Source: Ostrea edulis (taxonomy: Eukaryota). From it: 64,000 nt of DNA. The stretch covers positions 26,660,001 to 26,724,000 of the forward strand of contig NC_079164.1 of assembly GCF_947568905.1 (NCBI RefSeq), in the 5' to 3' direction. Every line of letters begins with the position of its first letter. Positions within the stretch are counted from its first letter, which is position 1. The position numbers and the translations under genes were made by a program. This document shows positions 1 through 11,093 of this stretch, one piece after another. The notes under the pieces are model-generated. The model was not told where the DNA came from and did not search any database. It saw only the letters and a program-made list of their open reading frames with translations.

Positions 1-59
1 CTTCTTAGGACACTCCTATAAGTCGGACATAGAGTTTTGGACCAAAATTTAACTCCCAA

Positions 60-90
60 AAATCCGACTTATAGGCGAGTAAATACGGTA
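60..90 (+). mobile_element. Right end of a Tc1/mariner(pogo)-like MITE (...cttataggcgagtaaatacggta)
   Basis: The reverse complement TACCGTATTTACTCGCCTATAAG resembles a pogo/Tigger-type TIR. The partner end is outside the window. Confidence 0.4.
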
Positions 91-375
91 GTGCATCATT
101 CAGAAATCTACCTAGTGGTTCTAGAGAAGTTGAAAATGTAAAAAGTTAACACAACCGACTAAACTAACAAAACTGACAAATTTTGATAAAAAAGTTTGCC
201 TGAGCTTAAGACTTACATGTAGGTAGGCTATACACCACATCAAACCTTACATGCTATTTCATCTACCAAACACTTAAAACTCAAACCTAAAACAGCAAGT
301 TGATGTGTCTACTAACTTGTTAAAAACTAAGATAGCAAGTTGATGTGTTCAATACTAACAAGCTGAAAATCAAAC

Positions 376-468
376 CTAGTGTTGCATGTTCCTCTGTGTT
401 CATCTGTATAAGTCCGGAGCTCTTCCTGTTGTAGAACAACTTCACAATTTCTACTCGGCCATAAATAC
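376..468 (-). CDS. PTBP-like RRM3 exon, 93 nt ([31 protein letters not shown])
   Basis: Acceptor tttactttcag and donor G|gtttga. Length and sequence match the 93-nt PTBP RRM3 exon. Lies inside ORF 320..553. Confidence 0.85.
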
Positions 469-3400
469 CTGAAAGTAAATAAACCAGAAGTGAAATTATT
501 TGCCCTAGACTGTAGTCCACCTGAAACTGTGGTTCACCTGAATCTGTGGTCAACCTAAAACCATGGTCAACTTAAAACTGTGGTCAACCTGAATCTGGTC
601 AACCTGAAACCATGGTCAACTTAAAACTGTGGTCAACCTGAAACTGGTCAACCTGAAACCGTGATCAACCTAAAACCATGGTCAACCTGAATCTGTGGTC
701 AACCTAAAACCATGGTCAACTTAAAACTGTGGTCAACCTGAAACTGGTCAACCTGAAACCATGGTCAACTTAAAACTGTGGTCAACCTGAAACTGGTCAA
801 CCTGAAACCATTGTCAACCTAAAACCATGGTCAACCTGAATCTGTGGTCAACCTAAAACCATGGTCAACTTAAAACTGTGGTCAACCTGAAACTGGTCAA
901 CCTGAAACCATGGTCAACTTAAAACTGTGGTCAACCTGAAACTGGTCAACCTGAAACCGTGATCAACCTAAAACCATGGTCAACCTGAATCTGTGGTCAA
1001 CCTAAAACCATGGTCAACTTAAAACTGTGGTCAACCTGAAACTGGTCAACCTGAAACCATGGTCAACTTAAAACTGTGGTCAACCTGAAACTGGTCAACC
1101 TGAAACCATGGTCAACCTAAAACCATGGTCAACCTGAATCTGTGGTCAACCTAAAACCATGGTCAACTTAAAACTGTGGTCAACCTGAAACTGGTCAACC
1201 TGAAACCATGGTCAACTTAAAACTGTGGTCAACCTGAAACTGGTCAACCTGAAACCATGGTCAACCTAAAACCATGGTCAACCTGAAACTGTGGTTACAA
1301 CTGTAGTCAACCTGAAACTGTGGTTAACCTAAAACTGTGGCCCGTTGAGGCAATTCTAAACTAGACCTTAAAACATGATACCTTGTCCTCTGTCTAATAT
1401 ATAGCTATGACATTGACATTTAAGTTCAACAATGTGAAACCTCTTATCTTGTTTATATTAAACATGTGATGGAGGTGAACACTGCAGACAGATGAACAGA
1501 CATCAAAATCAATATGCCTCAAATCCTCAAACTTTGAGTGTACATCATATTTGTAGAATCTGTATGAGTGACGAAACTAGATTTGTCCTAACAGGAATGA
1601 TAACCTCGCAGACATTGGATGGTAGGAAATAATGAAATAGTGCTCAATGAAGAATAAATGGTTTCTAAGATATACATCTGGACAATAAGAATGGAAAAAA
1701 TAGCCTAAACTTCCTTGAATGTTAAAAAAATTTCAATCAAAATAACAGATGCACAACTTCATTATTTATTCCTATAAGATATATACACAAAGCTTTAATA
1801 AACTTCGTTCATCGGTGATAAAGATACATTCTGGAGATATTACATCTACAGGTGGATGGACAGACATACAAGGTGATTCCAGTATAACCCCTCCCCCTTG
1901 CTAAACTTTGTTTGTGGGGAGGAGGGGGGGGGGGGGTGTGTGTGATAAATATACTGTACTTCAATATTCAGTTGTGCATATGATTTTGAACTTGAAATCA
2001 CTATGATACTTTGAAGTGTATCTGAGTAAATTTGACAGCTGACAATATACAGGTAAAACAAGTTTATAATGAACATGCATGCTTATAACAAATTCACTCT
2101 TATTGAGAGTTGATATCTATTCCCCCATGAGAAAAAAAAATGTAAATTTTGGTTTTAACAAAGTTTGGATAGAATGTACTGCTTTTTGCTTGTTGTGGAG
2201 GTTACTAAAACTGTGTTTTACTGTATAATGAAGTTTTGATATAATGAACTGCTTTTTGTTGGTTGTGGAGGTTTGCTATAACCATGTTTTCCTGTATAAT
2301 GAAGTTTGGATAAAATGAACTGCTTTTTGTTGGTTGTGGAGGTTTGCTACAACCGTGTTTTCCTGTATAATGAAGTTTGGATAAAATGAACTGCTTTTTG
2401 TTGGTTGTGGAGGTTTGCTACAACCGTGTTTTCCTGTATAATGAAGTTTTGATATAATGAACTGCTTTTTGTTGGTTGTGGAGGTTTGCTATAACCATGT
2501 TTTACTGTACAATGAAGTTTGATTATAATGAACTGCTTTTTCTAGCTGTGGAGGTTTGCTATAACCATGTTTTACTGTATAATGAAGTTTGGATATAATG
2601 AACTGCTCTTTGCTGGCGGTGGAGGTTTGCTATAACTGTTTTACTGTATAATGAAGTTTGGATATAATGAACTGCTCTTTGCTGGCGGTGGAGGTTTGCT
2701 ATAACTGTGTTTTACTGTATAATGAAGTTTGGATATAATGAACTGCTCTTTGCTGGTGGTGGAGGTTTGCTATAACTGTGTTTTACTGTATAATGAAGTT
2801 TTGAATAAAATGAACTGCTTTTTGCTGGCTGTGGAGGTTTGCTATAACTGTGTTTTACTGTATAATGAAGTTTGGATATAATGAACTGCTCTTTGCTGGC
2901 TGTGGAGGTTTGCTATAACCATGTTATACTGTACGCCACAATAGAAGACGTCATTTGATTAACAATTAACAAGAGCAATGCTCATTGTTCAACACCTATA
3001 TCCATCTATCTAATGTATTCAATTATGGAGCAATAATCAAATAAAGGATTAGCATCCCATAATACAACTTGTCTATGATGAGTGAATATGTATACATCAA
3101 GTTTGCTTATCCTAGCCTTACTTACACTGTTTCTATTTTGTTTTTACAGACAAAACTAACCATGCAAATTTGATCTTGACCTTGAAAAACAACATATCTT
3201 TTCCTCTATTCATTGGAAACACACTTACTAAGTTTGATGATTCTAGCCTTTTCAGTACTACATGTATTTTTTTTATCTGACACACAAGATGCTGACAGAT
3301 GGAGAGACAGGTGCAATGTATTATACATCCAATAGAACATACTTATAACAAACATGCTTAATCTAATTTAAACAATATTTCATTCACTAATAAGTGAATG

Positions 3401-6400
3401 GGATTGGGCAACAGGCATAGCCTATTTCAGCCCTCTCCCTATAAGCAATGAACATGCTTATAATAAATTCACACTTATTGCAAAGTGATTTTCATTTCTC
3501 TGAGAGGAAATTAACAAAAACAGTACTGGATATAATGAAGTTTGGTTATAACGAACTTTTTTGTGACCCTGGGGCTTCACTATAACAGTGTTTTACTGTA
3601 CTGCCATATGACCCGTTTAAGACGAGTGCATAAACAAGTACCCACATACAAATTAGTGATTAATCTCCATGCTCTGCTTGCTGTAGATAATATTGAATCA
3701 AAATGATGTGGCATCTATGGTGACAATTTATGACATATGTCAGCCATAAACTTCAGTGGGTTAATGGTTCAGAGCAATCCTGATGACCCTGATTTTATTA
3801 AAGGCACTTGCTACTTTCAAAATTTTATATCTCCCTTAAACAAGTTCCAATTTTTACAGTTTTTGAAAAAATTAAGGCATGTTTGAAAGTTTCCTTACTA
3901 CAGACAATTTATTGATACCTATTCAACGAAATGTACCTGGAGCAATTTTTAAAGAATGTGTGAAAAGAGTTCAAGTGTCAGAGTGTCTCTATAAGGGAAA
4001 GCTCAGAAAAGAAACACCCAGTAAACACTAATAATTTGATCAACCTGACTTAATTCAGTTTGTAATGTTGCTATCTTTACAGGTTTTGTATATTCATTTA
4101 TCCACATTTTGTACAGAATTATTTGAAAACTGAGAAGTTTGATTTCTTTATAGGAAATATCCTAAAGAACCTCAGAAACACAGAATAAACTATTTGAGTA
4201 AGATTGTCAACTTGTGCCAAATTTGAATATGTAAAACTTTCTCCCAATAAATTTTCTATGGTGGAATGCTTAAAATACCAGTAATACAAGTTTCAGAGAT
4301 ATAATTCTTCCATAATCAAATAAAAGTTTGTGAGCATGTAAACTGAAAGCTCTTGCTAAAAAAAACATTCTGAAATACATGTAATTCACAAAAACTTACC
4401 AAACAAATTGAACAGTCCCTCTACAGTTACTTTCTGAAAAACAAAATCAAAGCATTGAAAACATCTCGATCTCTATTAAAACTAGATATTTTTGTAATAT
4501 CATCTCATTAATATCATTAAATGCGTAGTTACTTTGTCCTGATTGTGGATTTCTATCACATTTCTGAGAGAGCTTGTGTTTGTACCTAGACCGCCTGGAA
4601 TGCAGTAAAAGGGGAGCTCAATCAAAGTTGAACAGGTTGAGAAATTTTTAACGAGATGCAGATATGCAGGCTCATGTATTACAATCAAACCTAGATAATC
4701 AATTATCATGATGCTGTGAATTTGTTTTTGACAAAATACTGAGCCGTCCTTTCTTCTGAGCTATTGATATCTTGGTGACACTCTTCTGAGCTACTGATAT
4801 CTTTGTGACACTCTTGTTGTATATTTTTCATCATCAAAGAGCTTAATCCTCAAAAAACTTCATTGAAAAATATTTCCATTTCCAATGTTTTTGCCTTTGA
4901 TGTCTTTACAAAGAGTAAGGATAGCCATTTCCTCATGAACACTCTGCAGTTGTCAACCATTCATGTATGAATCTTGATCAATGTAGTGTTTTTATTCCAA
5001 TAGCTGGGAATTTCCAGAAATGAAAGTAGAATGCAAACACACACCTACACACACAACCCCCCCCCCCAAAAAAAACACCCCAACTTCATCTTTGAAAAAA
5101 CATGAGGGTATTTACTTTACATTTTATATGAAGTGCTAACATGCCTCATAAAGTATGCTGGCATGAAGTTTTGCAGTTCATGCCCTCGTGTATTTCCAAC
5201 CATGAAATTTATTTCTTAAGATTGAAATGATTTTGCTTTGGTAATTTTACATAATAAAGGAACACTACAGATGCATACATGTATAGATTAAATTCCTGTA
5301 CTTTGTTACCTCTTCATTTAAGTTGTGAACAAACAGGATTCGTCCCTTGGTCACCTCTCTGCCCTCCCTTGGCGACAAAGAAGCTGAGTTTTCACTATTG
5401 CAGTAAGAACTTGCAGTATTGGGACTCTCCAAAGGGTTCATATCTGTAAAATCCCCAAACCAATGAAAATGCCATCAAGCATGTACTACTACAAAATATC
5501 TACATTCCCAAAAAGCAAATTTCAAGATCTGTCTGAGTTACTTCCCATTAGAGACCTCTCATACACAGTATGGCACAAAACAAATTATTTCTATGCGGGG
5601 ATGGAACAAATGTCCATCACAGCATAAGTAATTATTTCCTTGCGGGATGGAACAAATGTCCATCACTGCATAAGTGAATGTATACAGTAAGTTTCTCATA
5701 TGCAATTTCATTACTTAAAGTCAACTGATACACAAACCAAGTAAGTGAGAAGCATTCAGGGGGCAAATAAACACATGAAATGAAATTCTTATTATATCAC
5801 GTTATTTCATTGCTCATACACGTGTACATACCATATCCAGGATATTACTTGCAAATATAACATATTGTTTTTATGTTTTCTTTTAGAAAAATATTTGTGT
5901 CGAGAGTATTTTGTATTTTCTACATTTACATTTTAAACAGAAGCTAGCTGCTTTTCATATTTTCATCATCACAGACTGTAATTGTACTCTGTTCCACTTA
6001 GGCAATCAGAGTAGCACTATATGCACCTCCTACACAGAAGAGCTCTTATCTCGAAACTTGTGCATTCCTCTCGATTTTAAAGTAACGTAATTTCTATTAT
6101 GGCTACATGGAAAGGCACACTAAAATCTCATAACATCAGTAACAGCCACTTCATTTTTGTAACACATACCCTGAAATTGCAGTGAACAATCCTGTGGACG
6201 ATCAGTTTGTTCTTTATTAAGTGTAATTTTCTTCATCTGAGTCTGAAGATTAACATATTCATTACATGACAGGTTTGAAGAGTCTGTGCTCTTCTGGGAC
6301 CCGAAGAGGTCTTGGTTGACTTCCCATCCACACTGGTCGCAGAATATTTGACCTTTCTCTATCCATGTTCCACACTGCTCCTTGGAGGTCAGTGCAATGT

Positions 6401-6536
6401 TTGGACAAGAAATGGCCACCCTTTGGAAAATTTCAGGGTCTATTTTCCATCCACACATTTTGCAGTATTTACTTTTCTGTTCCAAAATATTTGTACATGG
6501 TCGGCCATTTTTTTTAAATCCAGGACAAAGCACCAT
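376..6536 (-). CDS. Chimeric gene: tandem zinc-ribbon N-terminus + PTBP-like RRM3 (3' part beyond left edge). Coding exons 6536-6170, 5443-5310, 4433-4400, 468-376
   Basis: All introns are GT-AG and phases are compatible (1,0,1). The spliced product reads MVLCPG...QFQ-DMNPLESP...[54 protein letters not shown]. It aligns by eye with PTB/hephaestus RRM3 ([44 protein letters not shown]). Kozak ACCATGG at 6536. Confidence 0.85.
525..1345. repeat. Minisatellite of 15-17-bp GGTCAAC-containing units with higher-order structure
   Basis: About 50 alternating variants (aaactgtggtcaacct / aaaccatggtcaac / gaaactggtcaacc). Confidence 0.95.
2150..2932. repeat. ~70-bp tandem array built from the right end of the CAGTAAAAC mariner-type MITE
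   Basis: About 10 units ending gaggtttgctataaccatgttttactgta, which is the MITE right terminus plus TA. Confidence 0.9.
4400..4433 (-). CDS. 34-nt microexon ([12 protein letters not shown]), equivalent of PTBP1 exon 11 / PTBP2 exon 10
   Basis: gattttgtttttcag|AAAGTAACTGTAGAGGGACTGTTCAATTTGTTTG|gtaagt. Exactly 34 nt, phase 0 to phase 1. Not in the ORF track. Confidence 0.88.
5310..5443 (-). CDS. Linker + RRM3 RNP2 exon, 134 nt (...[12 protein letters not shown])
   Basis: ttttacag|AT ATG... GAG|gtaaca. Open frame, phase 1 to phase 0. Confidence 0.85.
6170..6536 (-). CDS. First coding exon: two C-x9/10-C-x10-C-x2-C-G-W zinc-ribbon repeats
   Basis: ORF 6120..6620. Acceptor tttag at 6548, ATG at 6536, donor CAG G|gtatgt at 6169. 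Confidence 0.85.
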
Positions 6537-6595
6537 GGTGTGCGAATCTAAAAGACAATAGGCATCGAAATGTATGTACATGTATGTATATTGTC

Positions 6596-7409
6596 CAGGG
6601 TTCGAAATTAACTTTTTCAAGCACTAGTCCGTACGGACTAGTCACTGTTGATGTTCACTAGTCCGCAAAGCATTTCACTAGTCCGTCCAGTATATCATAA
6701 AATGATCTTCATTTTAATCAAACCAAACACATCACAGTTGCAAACAATTCAATTTCTGACACCTACAGAAGAAAAAGAGACCACCATATTTTATTTCGCA
6801 TTCAAAATCTTCAGAAGCATACAATATTAACCTCCGAGTTAATCCTTTTATAAACGTCCATAAGTGCGTTCGAGATCGATGTTCCTGTTCTTTTGGTGCT
6901 CAGATTTTAGAGTCACAGAAGTTCGAAATTTTATCAATAAAGTCCATAAAATTCACTCGATTGACCAAGTCATGAGCTAGAGTGTTATGAACTACTGTGT
7001 TAGAGTCGCGAATGACGAGAACATGTGTGCACAAACGTGCATGTTCTCAGACCACACTACTTGCAATTCTTACACCTAGAACACGTTCTCGTGATCTGTA
7101 CTCGGCGTTCGGAATCGGCAGGAATTTGACAATTTGTGCACGTTCGAAGAACGGCAGCCTCGAACGCACTCCATGTGTTTGGAAGATGAGGATGTCATAG
7201 TCATGCAAACACTTGACCATGCAGGTAATCAACCATAAGTTCAAACATCTAAGAGACTCAGACAAATCTTCCTAAAAATCTTTACCACATTGAAGATTGA
7301 CTTCCGGATTTTCACTAGTCCGTACAGACTAGTGCTATAGAGAGTTCACTAGTCCGACACGTTTTTTACTAGTCTAGGACTTACGGACATGAGTTAATTT
7401 CGAACCCTG
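6596..7409. mobile_element. hAT-like MITE with 5-bp TSD (hAT5-like), 814 bp
   Basis: TIR CAGGGTTCGAAATTAAC at 6596 and GTTAATTTCGAACCCTG ending at 7409. TTGTC on both flanks. Subterminal actagtcc repeats. Confidence 0.85.
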
Positions 7410-7688
7410 TTGTCACATCATAGGGCTTTCATACAATATTATAAAATTTCCTGTATTGATATATTACAGTGAATATTTGTTGCTAATATCTGACACCATG
7501 TCCAAACCCATCAAAGAAAACATATAAACAAAGAGTATAGATGCAAACACCAAATCTAAAGAAATTACTCACTAAAGCCACATTTACATAACCTGAATTT
7601 GTACCAACTCCAATTGTGGCACCTGCCCATTTATCCAAGTGGGTTCAGATACCAGTTCCACGCCAATCAGAGCATGACAAACAAATAA

Positions 7689-8580
7689 AACAAGAGGTCC
7701 ACAGGCCTTATTGGTCACCCGAGTATTAGTTAAAAGTATAGCTAGTCCCAAGGGCTACTAATAATTCCCTGTTCTGAATATCTAAGCTAAATTCTAATAC
7801 TCAGCAAAAGTACACATATAAAACAAGATGTGTTCTTAAAAGTTAAATGCCCTCAAAAGAGTCTATACTGATGAAAGGCTTATATAATATATGTAACATT
7901 AACATGAAATGATTTTTTTGACCAGTCCTAAAAGTCAAAACCCTGGGGTTGCAAAATTCACAATATTGATATGTCTTTTCCTGCTTTTCCCATATTGCAT
8001 TTAGTGTATGGCCCCACCCTGGAGTCAGAACCTCTATCCCGGGAATCAAAAAATTTCATTTAGTGTATGGCCCCACCCTGGAGTCAGAACCTCTATCCCG
8101 GGGATCATAAAATTTCATTTAGTGTATGGCCACCACCCTGGAGTCAGAACCTCTATCCCAGGGATCATAAAATTTCATTTAGTGTATGGCCCCACCCTGG
8201 AGTCAGAACCTATATCCCAGCCATTTAGTGTATGGTCACCACCCTGGAGTCAGAACCTCTATCCCGGTGATCATAAAATTTGCAATTTTGGTAGAAGCCT
8301 TCCTGTTTTACATCACAATGCATTTAGTTTTTCTTACACATGTGGGGTGCTAGAGAAGAAGATTTTTGAAAATTGGTCATTCTTTGGCAGTTTTTGCTCT
8401 GCCCCTAAGGCCCCAGGGATGCATTAGTCCCAAAATTTACAATTTATCTTCCCCTTGTCCTAAAGATCTTCTTACTAAATTTGAAAAGAATTGTAATGAT
8501 AGTTATCAAGAAGTAAAACATGTTCAATTGTTAATGCACCACAATGGACACAGACAAATTGCATTAGGTCACCTGAGTTA
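7689..8580 (+). mobile_element. pearl/CvA-type Helentron-like non-autonomous element with internal ~61-bp tandem repeats
   Basis: caagag start, subterminal ggtcacc(c/t)gag at both ends, repeats at 8000-8290. Confidence 0.65.
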
Positions 8581-9039
8581 ATACACGATAAGCATCAATC
8601 AGGGGGAAACTTACATTGACCTGAGACTGGAAATAGACTGTGTGAGCTACCATAAACAACAAATAAGACAGTCCATGCAGATATCTCCTGTAGTGTCTGG
8701 TTCATCCAGTGTTGAGATACATAGACCTTTTGTATCTTAAAACATTGGATCCTGTCCTTTTTATCTTGATAAAAATTTCCTTTATGCCTTATCTAATCAA
8801 TTATTGATGATGATTAACTATTATGAGTATCACTGTGGTAATATAGTTTTGGAGCATCTTAAGCCTTCACACTCATTCTCAAGCCAAGAATAATGCAAAA
8901 GATAAATGTTTTTAATTTCATAATTTCAGAAAAGCCTGTCCATAACACATTCATTGTTTTTCTAATTTTTCAATGACTGCAGAATCTGAGGGTGTTACAG
9001 GCATAGCAGTCCCACTTTTTCTCCAAAAAATTTAACTAA

Positions 9040-9462
9040 AGAGGCCCAATGGTTCTGGAGGAGAAGATTTTAAAAGATTTCTTTCTATATATTAGTATGC
9101 AAAACTTTGATCCCCTATTGTGGCTCCATCATACCTCCGAGGGCCATGATTTGAACAAACTTGAATCTGCACTATGTCAGAAAGCTTTCATATAAATTTC
9201 AGCTTTTCTGGTCCAATGGTTCTTGAGAAGATTTTTATCCTATATATTAGTATGTAAAATTTTGATCCCCAATTGTGACCCCAACCTACCCCCAGGGGCC
9301 ATGATTTGAACAAACTATGTCAGGAAGCTTTCATGGAAATTTCAGCTTCTCTGGCCCAGTGGTTCTTGAGAAGATTTTTAAATGACTCCAACCTATTTCT
9401 GCATTTTTGTAATTATCTCCCCTTTGTAGGGGCATGGCCCCTCATTTGAACAAACTTGAAAG

Positions 9463-9543
<81 letters not shown>

Positions 9544-10028
9544 GTTTACGCCACCGCCGACAGACAACAGACATGTGATTTCTTTCGTTAGAGGTACGAA
9601 TTAGACAGAAAACAATATCTACTTGGTGTAATAATGAATTACTTGTTCGGAATTACAAGGTTTTCATTCGAATACCTGTTTGTATATGTGTTTGTCACGT
9701 GGTTCTTTAGAACCGGTTTCATAGCAAGGCTTTATAAAGGAATGCATAGGTGTTAAATACCAGTTTAGGACAACATGGGCAGCTAAACACATGAGTTTAA
9801 ATTTTATGAAATGCATTCTTAAGTAAATTTATTTAATCCAACTTTATGATATATAATGTACAATTATGTATTTGTACATTTAATATGCCCAGTATTAAAT
9901 AGTTGCAGCGTGTCGTTGCTAATTCCACACAGTGTGTTATTTATTAGTATTCTACTTTCATTAGGAAGTAATGAATGGACTCAAAGGAGAAAAACTCACT
10001 TGAGCCGTTGGCTCAGGTGAGCTAAAAT
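9040..10028 (+). mobile_element. pearl/Helentron-like element with ~166-bp satellite-like core repeats and 3' hairpin
   Basis: Repeated gatttgaacaaacttgaatctgcact / ggttcttgagaagatt units, gacag microsatellite and 3' cacttgagccgttggctcaggtgagctaaaa. About 400 bp of unrelated DNA interrupts it at 9596-9985. Confidence 0.65.
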
Positions 10029-11093
10029 GGGGTAGGCAGAAACAAATCAAGGTGACAAAGACTTTATATGTCTTGGTCAGAATTCCTATAGACAAGTCGA
10101 CCAGTCCATCATCATTCTGATTGGTATAGACCTACGAGAAATTCTATAGACATTGACACGTTAAATGAATAGGCGGATCCTGTAGTTATCCTCATATATC
10201 CCCCCTTCAATATTCAGATGTTACTGGGCATTTAGTGCAAGGGGAATTTTATAAATAATATATATTTTTTAATTAATGAATTATAATTTAACGTACATAA
10301 TGGAATTATGATTATCACTTGGGACATGCCAATGACCGTTTCATGCTTCGTTTGGTCCAACAGTCACACCGTATATACATTTTAATTTAGCTTTATTAGT
10401 TTAACAAAATTTGAATGGAATTGAGAAATTGTGTCACTTTTCATGATCTCTACTCCAAATGACTATGAATAGCAGACTCGAGACGAACTCTTTGATGAAA
10501 AAAGTTTCAATATTTGATTTTCAAAGGGGCCTAGCTATGATATGCAATGCTGTTCCTGGTTCCTGGAAATTTTCAGCTTGGAATACCTTGAGGATCATTG
10601 TATTATATCATGCACAGTATTATTGCACAATAAAAAGTAAAAAAAGAAAGGTGTAATTTTCGGTTAAAGAAATCCAAAAAATGATTATTCACTTTTATCA
10701 TTGCAAATAATATATGTCAAAACTTCTATCAACTTACATGAATTATCAAGATATATGTATTCTTAGCTTCACATTTAAACTGTGCAAAAAGTTTTTCTTG
10801 GGACAGTCAGGTTCTTTGCGTCTTATCTTCTGCAGGAAATGCTAACTGGACGCTAAATGAAAAACTCAGCCTGTAATCAAAATACGGAATAAATATATTT
10901 GGTCGACATCAAATTTAAAATAAAAAAAACAAAAACAAAATCAAAACAGAGCATAGGGAGGAAAACCTACAAGTTTTAACACAAATGGTTTGAAAATAAT
11001 GATATTTGATCCCGTGTCTTTTTTTTCTTTTCTTTCTTACACGGAATATCACTGAAGAACTTTATCTAGAGTTATCTTTTCCTGATAAGCTCC

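Noticed and set aside
4565-5005. Coding-like minus-strand block between the 134-nt and 34-nt exons (QLQSVHEEMAILTLCKDIKG; MMKNIQQECHKDISSSEE)
   Set aside because: Stops in every frame, and an in-frame splice from 5310 ends after 3 codons. No recognisable domain. It could be a poison exon, but nothing supports that.
5584-5680. Direct ~47-bp duplication in the intron between the zinc-ribbon and RRM exons
   Set aside because: An ordinary local duplication with no splice or structural signal.
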